Source: a virus
Strand: one strand, 5' to 3'
IMG/VR virus record: IMGVR_UViG_3300028384_000991
Span: 32,001 to 96,000 of that record
Length of the DNA stretch: 64,000 nt
Notes under the pieces: model-generated
Databases searched by the model: none
Told to the model about the DNA's origin: nothing
The model's input: only the letters and a program-made list of their open reading frames with translations
Shown: positions 1 to 9,877 of the stretch, in pieces
Position numbering within the stretch: position 1 is the first letter of the stretch
Layout of the letters: every line of letters starts with the position of its first letter
Program-made: the position numbers and the translations under genes

Positions 1-1
1 A

Positions 2-3000
2 ATTGATGATTTGTGGGACGGTTGGATTGAAGTAAACCTAACAAACTTTGATGATAGAGGATCTCCAACTGAAGGTGATGCTGATTACAATCCTAATTAC
101 GGTAATCCATTTATTCCAGTTGTTGGTGATATTGTACAAGACAACGACACACTTGCTACTGCTGAAGTTACCTATGTTGAAAAAACATTTAATGATTTAA
201 GACTATGGGTGAAAAATACAACAGGAACTTGGAAACTTGGTTTAAACAACGGAAACATATCAAGTTTAAGTATTGTGGGTGGCTCGCAAGGTGTAGGTGT
301 TATCAGACTTGTAGGTACAACCGATACAGTAAATTTACAGTCAACAACAGCAGGCTTTATTGTTGTAGTTGATAGAGGAACAAATCTTCCAAGAGGAACA
401 ACACGTACACTACAAGGTTTTGAATATTGGGTGTACAAGTCACAGTTATTAGATGGTATTGCAAGAGATGCTAATCCCCCATCTAAAACCAACAATGACT
501 GGCAAAGGGTTTATAATATTCCAGCAGATGAAAGCGGAACAGCAAGTACGTTGCAAAGACAAGGTGCATATGCAATCTACGAACGTAATGCAAGTAACTT
601 CTATCAATTAAACGGAATTTATGTAACACCAGATCTTGAAGCAGAACGTTATCTTGGCAGTGATATTAAAATTGTATCACATACAAATAATACCTACAGT
701 GCTTACATTTTAAGTAAGGGTAATGGCACATTTGATCAACCAGGAAGAATAAACATTATAAACTGGTCAGCAGACGGCGGTTGGAAACTTGGTGCAGATG
801 AAGATTATAGAGGTGACTTCTTAACCACTGTAACTTATTTCAAAGACGAATATGTAAAACAAAACGGAAATGTATATCAAGCAAAAACTAATCTAATACC
901 AGGTGCGTTTGATGTAAATGACTGGGAAGAAATTACAACTGGTGTTGACCTAAACGGATTCCTACCAAACAGCACAGGATTTATCGTAGGCACTGACAGT
1001 GCAATTGAAACTGATAATTTATATGAGTTTGGAACCCAGTTCGGTGTAAGTTTCACAGGTGATGTATTAGCAACCATTGCCAAGTACGGTGATGCTGTTG
1101 ATAGTTCTATAGCAACAAGAAAGTTAGTAATTTACAGAAAATCGTTGTTAGGTCATTATGTATTTGATCAGATGATAGACGCTCCGTATGCTAATATCAA
1201 TTATGGTGACTCAATTGCAGTGTCCACTGATGGAAAGTTTATTGCAGTTGGTGCACCTAATTATACTGACACATATGCAAATCAAGGCACAGTATTCATA
1301 TACGAACAGGTTAACGGAAGATTTGAACAAGTACAGCATCTAACAGGTCCTAAAGGATTACCAAACGAAAAATTTGGTACAGTAGTTAGATACGACAATG
1401 ATAGAATTGTTGTACACTCAGCAGGTGGTGATCTGTTTAGTAATACCGAGATAGATTCAGGTACTACAGTGTTTGATAATGCTACAACAAGATTTACATC
1501 AAAACTTGTTGATACAGGTGAAGTTTTTGTATTTGAATTATTAGGTAATAGATACGTTTACAGTGACAAATTAGAATTTGCAGATACAAGAACATTGTAC
1601 TTTGGTAGAACAATGTTAATCAAAGGCAATCACATTTATGTTTCATTGCCACAATACACACGTGAAAATAATAATTCGTCAGGATTAGTTTTAGATTATA
1701 GAGTAAAATCTAATTCAAGACTTTGGGAAAGAAAACGTAATGCAAGGCCTCTGGTTAATCTTGACAAGATCAAAAGCATTTCTGTTTATAATAAAGATAC
1801 AAAAATTGTTGAAGAATATTTAGATTACATTGATCCAATCCAAGGAAAAATTGCTGGAACAGCAGAAGTAGAGTTATCCTTTAAAACATCATTCGATCCT
1901 GCAACATATAATAATGTAATAGAAGGAAAAGTAAACAAAGACATTACTACATTTACAGCAGGCGAAATGGTAGGAAAACTTTGGTGGGATACTGATGCTG
2001 TTAGATTTATTAATCCATATAGTAATACTGGAAACATATTTAATGTAAGCAATACAATGAATACAATTTTCCCAGGTACAGAAATTGAAGTTTACGAATG
2101 GGTTGAAAGTTTACTAACACCAGAACAATGGGACGCAGAAGCAGACTCAGAAAGTGGAGTTGCAAGAGGTATCAGTGGTACAACCAAGTACGGAATGAAT
2201 GCGTATAGTACTAAGAAAGTATATGATAAACCTGCACAAAAATTTACAACTTATTATTACTACTGGGTAAGAAATAAGAAAACTGTTCCAGATGTACCTG
2301 GTAGAACAGTAAGTGCCGCTGATGTACAAGAATTAATAAGAGATCCGTCAGGTCAAGGATACAAATATATTTCATTGTTGAACAACAACGAATGGACTAC
2401 ACATAATATTGAAAGCACTATTAGAGGATTAAACACTATTCTAAAATTTGCTTATTGGACTATTGACAATACTGAGAAAAATATTCACAATCAATATGCA
2501 ATTATTACAGATGGATTAGAAACAAGTGTTCCTAAATCCGATCTTGAACGCAAGTGGTTTGATAGTTTGATTGGTTATGACGAACAAGGTAGAGAAGTTC
2601 CTGATAGATTCTTAAGCGAAAAACAACGTTATGGTATTCTTAATACACCAAGACAAACAATGTTTGTTAACAGAATTGAGGCACTAAAACAACTTGTAGA
2701 AAGAATTAACGGAGTGTTAATTAAGAATGTTTTAATTGACGACTTTGACTTATCTAATTTAGAAGAGAATGATCCTATACCAACATTAGCGTCAAGACGT
2801 TATGATGTACAGATTGATTCCAATAAAGAATTAGAATTTGTAGCAGTAGGAAGAGTACAACGTGCAACATTATCTGCAACAATTCAAGATGGTAAAATTT
2901 TAAGAGTTGATATTACCAATCCTGGTAGAGGATATAAAACAGTACCAACTGTAAAAATCAACAGTTCTACCGGTGAAGATGCAGAAATTGCATTAGAGAT

Positions 3001-6000
3001 TAATAATGTAGGTACTGTTACAAGTGCTACAGTAATTGACAGCGGAAGAAATTACCAACAAGGCGATACAATTACTGTGAGAAACTTTACAGTATTAACA
3101 ACTGTAGATGAAAGTTATGCAAATAAATGGTCGTTATATGAATACCAAGGCGGTACTGATCCTTGGGATAGAGTTGCAAGTCAACGTTTTGATGTTAAGC
3201 CTTATTGGAATTATGTAGATTGGTATGCAACAGGTTATAACGATTTAACAAAAGCAGACTTTGTTATTGATGAAACATATGAATTGGAATCTTTAGATGA
3301 TTCGTTTGGTAGTATTGTTAAAATTAATTCTGTAGGTTCGGGCGGATGGCTATTGCTTAGAAAAATTGATGATCAAGCCAATGTTGACTATACAGTTAAC
3401 TACGAAACTATTGGTAGACAAAATGCTACTATACAATTAGATAAATCTATTTACGATTACAATGATCAATTGGTTGGCTTTGATAGTTTTGGTTATGACG
3501 ATAGTGCATTTGATTTACAACCAGTTGACGAATTAAGAATAATCTTTAAAGCACTAAGAGATAAAATTTTAGTTGATAATTTAGCAATTCATTACAATGA
3601 ATTATTTTTTGCACAGATGCGTTATGTGTTATCAGAACAAAAATTTGTTGATTGGATGTTTAAGACAAGTTTTGTAAAAGCAAAACACAATATTGGTAAA
3701 CTAAGAAAAGATATAACATTTAATAATGACTTCTTAGAAAGTTATGAAGCGTATGCTAATGAAGTAAAACCATACAAAACTAAGATAAGAGAATACCTAA
3801 GCACATATGAAGGTGAAGAAAAATCTCAAACAATGGTTACGGATTTTGACTTACCAGCAGTGTATGACGAACAGCAAGGAAAAATTGTTCCTCAAAATGC
3901 TGTTGTAGTAGATGACGAAGTACGTGTTGCAAGTGATGTAATTAATTCTTATCCATACAAACATTGGAAAGACAATGCAAGTTTTCAAATCAAAGAAATT
4001 AGCATTGCTGATGCAGGTTCAGGATATGAAAATGCTCCTGGTGTTGAATTTGTCGGCGGTGGCGGCACAGGCGCTACAGCAACAGCATATGTTGGTGGCG
4101 GAAAAATTACTGAAATAAAAATTGATAATCCTGGAACAGGTTATGTAAGTGCGCCAAGTATTGTTCTAAATGGTTCGGTTGCAGATGGCGGTAGAACTGC
4201 AAAAGTCAGTGCTGTTCTTGGTAATACTAATCTAAGAACAACACACTTTAGAGTAAAGTTTGATAGAGTTACAGGTACATTCTTTATTACTACACTTGAT
4301 GAAACAGAAACATTTTTAGGATCAGGCAGTAAGTTTACATATAAATTAAAATGGCCAGCAGATGTTAGAACCGATAAAGTAAAAATAACTGTTGGTGACG
4401 AAGAAGTTTTACCAAGCAGATACACTATTGAAAATGTTGATGATAGCACAGGTAGAACACACGAAAGAAAAATTGCAAAAATAACTTTTGATACACCACC
4501 TGCTAATAATAAAACAATTACTGTTGAATACAAAAAAGATATTTCTTTACTAAGTGCGGCAGATAGAATTAACTTGTTCTATGATCCAGAAACAGGAATG
4601 GTGGCAAACGATCTTGGTCAATTACTTGATGGTATTGACTACGGTGGAGTACAAGTTAAGAGTTTCGACTTTGGCGGAGGCTCGGGTTGGAGTGCAGATG
4701 AATGGTTTACATCTGCATATGATACGTATGATAATACATACGAAGACGAAGTTTTCCGTTTAAGTGACGACAGTACGAAAGTTTACGACTTTGCAAAAAC
4801 ACTTGAAACAGATGTAACATACAACGTTTACAAAAACGGTACAAGAATTGACGATCCTAACTTTGGAACCCCAGAGCAAACAAATCCTAATGCATTAATC
4901 AGCAGTATTACAGGTGCTGGACAAACAGGATTTATTTTAACAGATGACGGTACCGAAGTTGCTTCAACTGTAATTAAGTTTGACGAAGAAGTTGTTCCAA
5001 CGCAAAGCGGTGATGTAATTGTTATTAGAAAAAATACATCCGACGGTTCATTTATTCCTGATCCAAGAGCGTATGATACTATTGTAACAGGCGGTGATCT
5101 TGCTTACTCAAGTGCAACAGGTTTAAATCCAGAAGATATTAACATTGATGGTGATGGATTTGTTACGCCTACAACTTCAAAAGGTCCAGAAGAACTTGTT
5201 CCTGGACAAGTACTTGATACTTTAGATATTAAAGTATACGACAGAGTTGGTGAAGGCGGAAGTATTATTGAAAGTGTTTCACACGTAGCAGACGGAACAA
5301 CAGCAACTTATTCATTTACTGGTATACCGCAAAGCAAAGATGCAGTGTTTGTAAAAGTTGATAATGTTATTGTTTACAATTACACAGTAAATTACAAAGA
5401 TAAAGAAATTACATTTACATCTGCTCCAGCAAATAATGATAGAATTAATATTATTACAATGAGTGGCAACGGTGAAGCAATTCTTGATATGGATACATTT
5501 ACAGGTGACGGGTCAACTCTCCAGTATGTAACACAGGTTGATTGGAGAGATGAATTAAACAGTATTGTTACAGTAAATGGCGAGAAAGTAAACTATATTT
5601 TAGAAACAACAGATAGTTCATATGATTCAGCAAACAAAGTTGTAATTAGTTTTGGTGCACCACCTGCAGATAATTCAGTAATTAACTTTGCAATATACGC
5701 AAGTGAAGCACAAACATTTAGTGAAATTATCACAGACAACTTAGTAGCAGACGGAAGCAGTGTTAATTACAGTTTAAGTGTAACTCCGTTCAGTAGTTTA
5801 CCTTCAAGTCATAACATAATTGTTAAGGTAGGTGATAATATTCTAAATGCTGGATATAATGAAAAGTTCACAGTAGATAATAGAATCGAATATCAATTAC
5901 GTAACTGGCAACAACCAGGTGGTACACTTGGTGCAGATGACATTATTGTATTGCTTAACGGCAGACAATTAACATACACATCAGACTTTATTTTCCGTCC

Positions 6001-7156
6001 AGCAAACTCAAGTGTTGAAATTTTTGAAAACGTTGCTCAACAAGGCGATACATTAGAAGTGTTTGTTACTACAGATGGCGAATACACAATAAGTGGAAAT
6101 ACTTTAACATTAGATACTGCTCCTGCAGAAGATACTACAATCAAAGTAACACACTTTAGTAAACATGATGTACAGCAAATTGATCGTAAAAATTATGATA
6201 TTGTAACCAGAACAACTATTCAGTTTGAAAGTGTTGCTGATATAGAGTATAATCATTTACTTGCAGGATTAATTAAACTGCAAAGACCAACAATTGATGC
6301 TGAATATGTTTGGATTATTGTAAATGGTAGATTACAAACTCCAAGTGTTGACTATAAAGTAACAAATGACAGACTGTTTGTACGTATGGCACAGCCGTTA
6401 AACGAAAATGATACCATTGAAGTTATTCAGTTTGCTGAAGACGGTCCAACAGTTGCTAAGTTTGGTTACAGACAGTTTAAAGATATGTTGAATAGAACTG
6501 TTTATAAACGCTTAGGTGATGTAAATAGTTACAGATTAGCACAGGATCTTAAAGTATTTGATAAAGAAATTGTAGTTGATGATGCATCAACTATGTTTGT
6601 ACCAGATAAAGATTCAAACACACCAGGTGTATTGTTTGTAAACGGCGAACGTATTGAGTATATGGTCAAAGATGGTAATAGTTTACAGCAACTTCGCAGA
6701 GGTACAATGGGTACTGGTGTTAAAGATCTACATAATATTGGAGATCAACTGTTTGATCAAGGCTTCCAGCAGACTGTTCCATACCAAGATCAAACATTGG
6801 TTAACACATTTGACGGAGATGGAACTACAACAGCATTTAACTTAGATTGGGAACCTAACAGTGTTAACGAATTTGAAGTATTTGTAGGCGGTAAACGCTT
6901 ACGAAAAACAGCCATTCAGGTGTTTGATGTAACTGTGGATCAAGATTCACCAGAGGGCGATGTAACAGCACCAGCAGAATTTAGTATTAGTTCGCCAAAT
7001 ATACTAACTATTACTAATCCACCTGCAGACGGTGTGCGTGTTACAGTAATTAGAAAAATTGGTAAAATATGGAATGAGCCAGGAAAAACGTTAGGCAAGT
7101 CGGAAAATGCAATAGCACAGTTCTTAAGAGCAGAAGACGTTGACTTACCTAAATAA
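2..7156 (+). CDS. Giant virion structural protein (baseplate/tail-associated), 5'-partial, >2380 aa
   Basis: Frame open to the window edge. FG-GAP-like propeller motif (YGDSIAVSTDGKFIAVGAP), GxGY...P.V repeats, repeated (G/A)DG.T..(F/Y) beta-sandwich units. Upstream of tail-fibre genes. Confidence 0.75.
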   Translation: MDDLWDGWIEVNLTNFDDRGSPTEGDADYNPNYGNPFIPVVGDIVQDNDTLATAEVTYVEKTFNDLRLWVKNTTGTWKLGLNNGNISSLSIVGGSQGVGVIRLVGTTDTVNLQSTTAGFIVVVDRGTNLPRGTTRTLQGFEYWVYKSQLLDGIARDANPPSKTNNDWQRVYNIPADESGTASTLQRQGAYAIYERNASNFYQLNGIYVTPDLEAERYLGSDIKIVSHTNNTYSAYILSKGNGTFDQPGRINIINWSADGGWKLGADEDYRGDFLTTVTYFKDEYVKQNGNVYQAKTNLIPGAFDVNDWEEITTGVDLNGFLPNSTGFIVGTDSAIETDNLYEFGTQFGVSFTGDVLATIAKYGDAVDSSIATRKLVIYRKSLLGHYVFDQMIDAPYANINYGDSIAVSTDGKFIAVGAPNYTDTYANQGTVFIYEQVNGRFEQVQHLTGPKGLPNEKFGTVVRYDNDRIVVHSAGGDLFSNTEIDSGTTVFDNATTRFTSKLVDTGEVFVFELLGNRYVYSDKLEFADTRTLYFGRTMLIKGNHIYVSLPQYTRENNNSSGLVLDYRVKSNSRLWERKRNARPLVNLDKIKSISVYNKDTKIVEEYLDYIDPIQGKIAGTAEVELSFKTSFDPATYNNVIEGKVNKDITTFTAGEMVGKLWWDTDAVRFINPYSNTGNIFNVSNTMNTIFPGTEIEVYEWVESLLTPEQWDAEADSESGVARGISGTTKYGMNAYSTKKVYDKPAQKFTTYYYYWVRNKKTVPDVPGRTVSAADVQELIRDPSGQGYKYISLLNNNEWTTHNIESTIRGLNTILKFAYWTIDNTEKNIHNQYAIITDGLETSVPKSDLERKWFDSLIGYDEQGREVPDRFLSEKQRYGILNTPRQTMFVNRIEALKQLVERINGVLIKNVLIDDFDLSNLEENDPIPTLASRRYDVQIDSNKELEFVAVGRVQRATLSATIQDGKILRVDITNPGRGYKTVPTVKINSSTGEDAEIALEINNVGTVTSATVIDSGRNYQQGDTITVRNFTVLTTVDESYANKWSLYEYQGGTDPWDRVASQRFDVKPYWNYVDWYATGYNDLTKADFVIDETYELESLDDSFGSIVKINSVGSGGWLLLRKIDDQANVDYTVNYETIGRQNATIQLDKSIYDYNDQLVGFDSFGYDDSAFDLQPVDELRIIFKALRDKILVDNLAIHYNELFFAQMRYVLSEQKFVDWMFKTSFVKAKHNIGKLRKDITFNNDFLESYEAYANEVKPYKTKIREYLSTYEGEEKSQTMVTDFDLPAVYDEQQGKIVPQNAVVVDDEVRVASDVINSYPYKHWKDNASFQIKEISIADAGSGYENAPGVEFVGGGGTGATATAYVGGGKITEIKIDNPGTGYVSAPSIVLNGSVADGGRTAKVSAVLGNTNLRTTHFRVKFDRVTGTFFITTLDETETFLGSGSKFTYKLKWPADVRTDKVKITVGDEEVLPSRYTIENVDDSTGRTHERKIAKITFDTPPANNKTITVEYKKDISLLSAADRINLFYDPETGMVANDLGQLLDGIDYGGVQVKSFDFGGGSGWSADEWFTSAYDTYDNTYEDEVFRLSDDSTKVYDFAKTLETDVTYNVYKNGTRIDDPNFGTPEQTNPNALISSITGAGQTGFILTDDGTEVASTVIKFDEEVVPTQSGDVIVIRKNTSDGSFIPDPRAYDTIVTGGDLAYSSATGLNPEDINIDGDGFVTPTTSKGPEELVPGQVLDTLDIKVYDRVGEGGSIIESVSHVADGTTATYSFTGIPQSKDAVFVKVDNVIVYNYTVNYKDKEITFTSAPANNDRINIITMSGNGEAILDMDTFTGDGSTLQYVTQVDWRDELNSIVTVNGEKVNYILETTDSSYDSANKVVISFGAPPADNSVINFAIYASEAQTFSEIITDNLVADGSSVNYSLSVTPFSSLPSSHNIIVKVGDNILNAGYNEKFTVDNRIEYQLRNWQQPGGTLGADDIIVLLNGRQLTYTSDFIFRPANSSVEIFENVAQQGDTLEVFVTTDGEYTISGNTLTLDTAPAEDTTIKVTHFSKHDVQQIDRKNYDIVTRTTIQFESVADIEYNHLLAGLIKLQRPTIDAEYVWIIVNGRLQTPSVDYKVTNDRLFVRMAQPLNENDTIEVIQFAEDGPTVAKFGYRQFKDMLNRTVYKRLGDVNSYRLAQDLKVFDKEIVVDDASTMFVPDKDSNTPGVLFVNGERIEYMVKDGNSLQQLRRGTMGTGVKDLHNIGDQLFDQGFQQTVPYQDQTLVNTFDGDGTTTAFNLDWEPNSVNEFEVFVGGKRLRKTAIQVFDVTVDQDSPEGDVTAPAEFSISSPNILTITNPPADGVRVTVIRKIGKIWNEPGKTLGKSENAIAQFLRAEDVDLPK

Positions 7157-7159
7157 ATA
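7154..7159 (+). promoter_or_regulatory. T4-type late promoter core TAAATA
   Basis: TAAATA overlaps the stop of the giant gene, 17 nt before ATG 7177. Same motif recurs in other intergenic gaps. Confidence 0.6.
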
Positions 7160-7176
7160 CAATGTAGGATAACAAA

Positions 7177-7791
7177 ATGACAGACAACTTATTAGACAAA
7201 AACGGAGTATTAGTGCAAGGGCATATTAAGATATTTGACCCCGAATCTAAGGAAATTTTAATAGATAAACGCAATGCTATTCATTATGAAAATATGAGTA
7301 TAGCACTTGCTGAATCTTTGGCCAACGCAGGACAAGGATTTGTATACGAAATGGCATTTGGTAATGGTGGTACAAGTGTTGATCCTACAGGCATTATTAC
7401 ATACCTAACACCAAATTCAACAGGAACAAACGCAAGTCTTTACAATCAAACATATAAAAAGATCGTAGATGATCAGTCTGTCAACAACGTCGATCCTAAC
7501 AGAAACAAGATTGAAACAAGACACGTAACAGGTACAAATTACACAGATATCATTGTTCAATGTTTACTTGACTATGGAGAGCCAAACGGTCAAGAAGCAA
7601 ATGATACAGCAACAAGCACAGAAAGTCAATTTGTATTTGATGAATTAGGACTTGTTAGTTATTCTCCAACAGGAGACGGCAGATTACTTACACACGTAAT
7701 TTTCCATCCAGTACAAAAGAGTTTAAACAGATTAATTCAAATTGACTATACAGTTAGAATACAATCATTAACTGGTTTTAACGAGGGGTAA
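7177..7791 (+). CDS. Phage structural protein (baseplate/tail-fibre-attachment-like), 204 aa
   Basis: Position in structural operon; MAFGNGG and FDELGL motifs typical of baseplate/fibre-associated proteins. Confidence 0.55.
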   Translation: MTDNLLDKNGVLVQGHIKIFDPESKEILIDKRNAIHYENMSIALAESLANAGQGFVYEMAFGNGGTSVDPTGIITYLTPNSTGTNASLYNQTYKKIVDDQSVNNVDPNRNKIETRHVTGTNYTDIIVQCLLDYGEPNGQEANDTATSTESQFVFDELGLVSYSPTGDGRLLTHVIFHPVQKSLNRLIQIDYTVRIQSLTGFNEG

Positions 7792-7795
7792 TTAA

Positions 7796-9877
7796 ATGGC
7801 ATATTCAATTAATTACACAGACATTACAAACAAAGGTAGTATTGTAATTGAAGATAATACTGTTGATACTACAACAACCTTAAGTATCCCAGGAAGATTT
7901 ACAACAGACTATGGTTCGTTAATTGGTCAAAACTTTTTACAATTATTAGAAAATTTTGCAAACAACAATGCACCTCAAAGACCTATTGAAGGACAACTTT
8001 GGTATGACACAAGCATTGGTGTTAATCTACTTAAACTTTATGACGGTACTAACTGGATTGAAGCAGGTGGTTTAAAGCGAGGCGAATCAGCACCAGATGT
8101 TGCTAACTCTGTTGCAGGAGACCTTTGGGCAGATACAGACAATCAACAACTTTATTTGTTTACAGGTTCGGGTTGGATTCTTGTAGGACCAGAGTTTAGT
8201 GATGGGTTAGCCGCAGGTGTTAGACCTACTACACTAACAGGTACAGACAACATTAACTATACTGCACTTCAAGTTGAGATTGGCGGTAAAGTACTTGCAA
8301 TTTATGCAACAAGTGCATTTACACCTAAGTCAACAATTACAGGATTTACAACAATCAAACCTGGCTTTAATATGAGCAGTAGTAATATTACTGGAGCAGG
8401 TGTTCCTAAGTATTACGGCGTTGCAGAAAAAGCAGAAGCATTAATTATTCCTGGTGAACCAGAACCAGTACCAGCGTCAAACTTTTTAAGAGGTGACAAA
8501 TTATCTGTATCAGGACAAGCACTTACTATTAGAAATAACTCCGGGGTATCAATTGGTAGTGATGCAGTTGTCCAAGTTGGTATTGAAGGACAGAATGCAA
8601 TTATTTCAAATAATACATCAGGTGCAAACATTGACCTACGTATTAACAATGCAGGTAACCTACAACCTGTACTAAGAATTGACTCAACACAAAAAGTTGG
8701 TATTAATAACCTATCACCACAAGAAGCACTTGATGTTACAGGTAATGCAATTATTTCAAATAATCTTGTTGTCAACGGAATTGCAGAAGCAGTTAATATT
8801 GGAACAGGTAGTATTACTACAAAAGGTGGTCTTGGTGTTGCTAAGAGTTTACGAGTTGGTAATAACTTTGAAGTCAACGGTAACACAACATTTGGCGGAA
8901 CAATTTTACCAGATACAACCAATGCAATTAACATTGGATCAACAACATTTAAATTTGCAGAAATAAATGCAAACACAGTTAGAGCAAACTTAGTAGGTAA
9001 TGTTACAGGAACAGTTACAGGACGTTCAGGAAGTTCAGACAAACTTGCAAGTAGAACTACATTTAGAATTAGTGGTGATGTAACAGCCCCAGATGTAATT
9101 TATGATGGACAGTATACTGCACCGGGCGAAACTACACTTGTAAAAGAATTTGATATTACTGTAAACAGTACATTTATTACTAACAAACCTGGAGTACCAA
9201 GTTCAAGATTTGACGATGAAATTTTAATCAACAGAGTCAATGATGAAAACGGTAGTGGTACAGGTGTTAAGAAGATTTCAAGAAGCAACTTATTTGCTTC
9301 ATTACCAGTTAATCCAATTGGTATTATTACACCTTATGCAGGTGAAATGACAACAGCAAGAGAACAAGAACTTGATTTAGCAGGTTGGTTACCATGTGAT
9401 GGTAGAGAAGTTTTTATTGTTGACCACACTGACTTGTATGATGTTATTGGTACAAGGTACAAAGCAAACCCAACTATTGGTAAATTTGCACTACCAGATT
9501 TACGTGGTAGATTTCCATTAGGTATGGACAACATGGGTACAACACAAGGATCGGCAAATAGAGTTGTAAACGAAAACGCAGATGTTGTTGGTGGTACTGC
9601 TGGAGTTGAAAAGAAACCAATTGCAGTTGAAAACTTACCAGAACACGAACACGATTTACGTGGACCAAGTGGTACACAATATTATGTAACACGAGATGTT
9701 CAAGGTACACCAATTGATGACGATGCTACTCAGACAGATGCACCAACAGGTACAAATGCAGGACAGAAGTTTCCGTTCTCGGGTGGTGTTGTAAGTAATA
9801 ATCAAGTAGGCCAAGATTTTGATGTAATGAATCCATACTTGGCTGTTAATTACATAATTTACGCGGGGGCAGACTAA
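7796..9877 (+). CDS. Tail fibre protein with C-terminal tail-collar domain, 693 aa
   Basis: Tail-collar motif (IGIITPYAG...GWLPCDGREV...FALPDLRGRFPLG); N-terminal module shared with the next two genes. Confidence 0.8.
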   Translation: MAYSINYTDITNKGSIVIEDNTVDTTTTLSIPGRFTTDYGSLIGQNFLQLLENFANNNAPQRPIEGQLWYDTSIGVNLLKLYDGTNWIEAGGLKRGESAPDVANSVAGDLWADTDNQQLYLFTGSGWILVGPEFSDGLAAGVRPTTLTGTDNINYTALQVEIGGKVLAIYATSAFTPKSTITGFTTIKPGFNMSSSNITGAGVPKYYGVAEKAEALIIPGEPEPVPASNFLRGDKLSVSGQALTIRNNSGVSIGSDAVVQVGIEGQNAIISNNTSGANIDLRINNAGNLQPVLRIDSTQKVGINNLSPQEALDVTGNAIISNNLVVNGIAEAVNIGTGSITTKGGLGVAKSLRVGNNFEVNGNTTFGGTILPDTTNAINIGSTTFKFAEINANTVRANLVGNVTGTVTGRSGSSDKLASRTTFRISGDVTAPDVIYDGQYTAPGETTLVKEFDITVNSTFITNKPGVPSSRFDDEILINRVNDENGSGTGVKKISRSNLFASLPVNPIGIITPYAGEMTTAREQELDLAGWLPCDGREVFIVDHTDLYDVIGTRYKANPTIGKFALPDLRGRFPLGMDNMGTTQGSANRVVNENADVVGGTAGVEKKPIAVENLPEHEHDLRGPSGTQYYVTRDVQGTPIDDDATQTDAPTGTNAGQKFPFSGGVVSNNQVGQDFDVMNPYLAVNYIIYAGAD

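Noticed and set aside
4554-8966. +1-frame ORFs at 4554, 6654, 8493 and 8679
   Set aside because: No SD, no coupling and no clear codon shift; expected from codon bias
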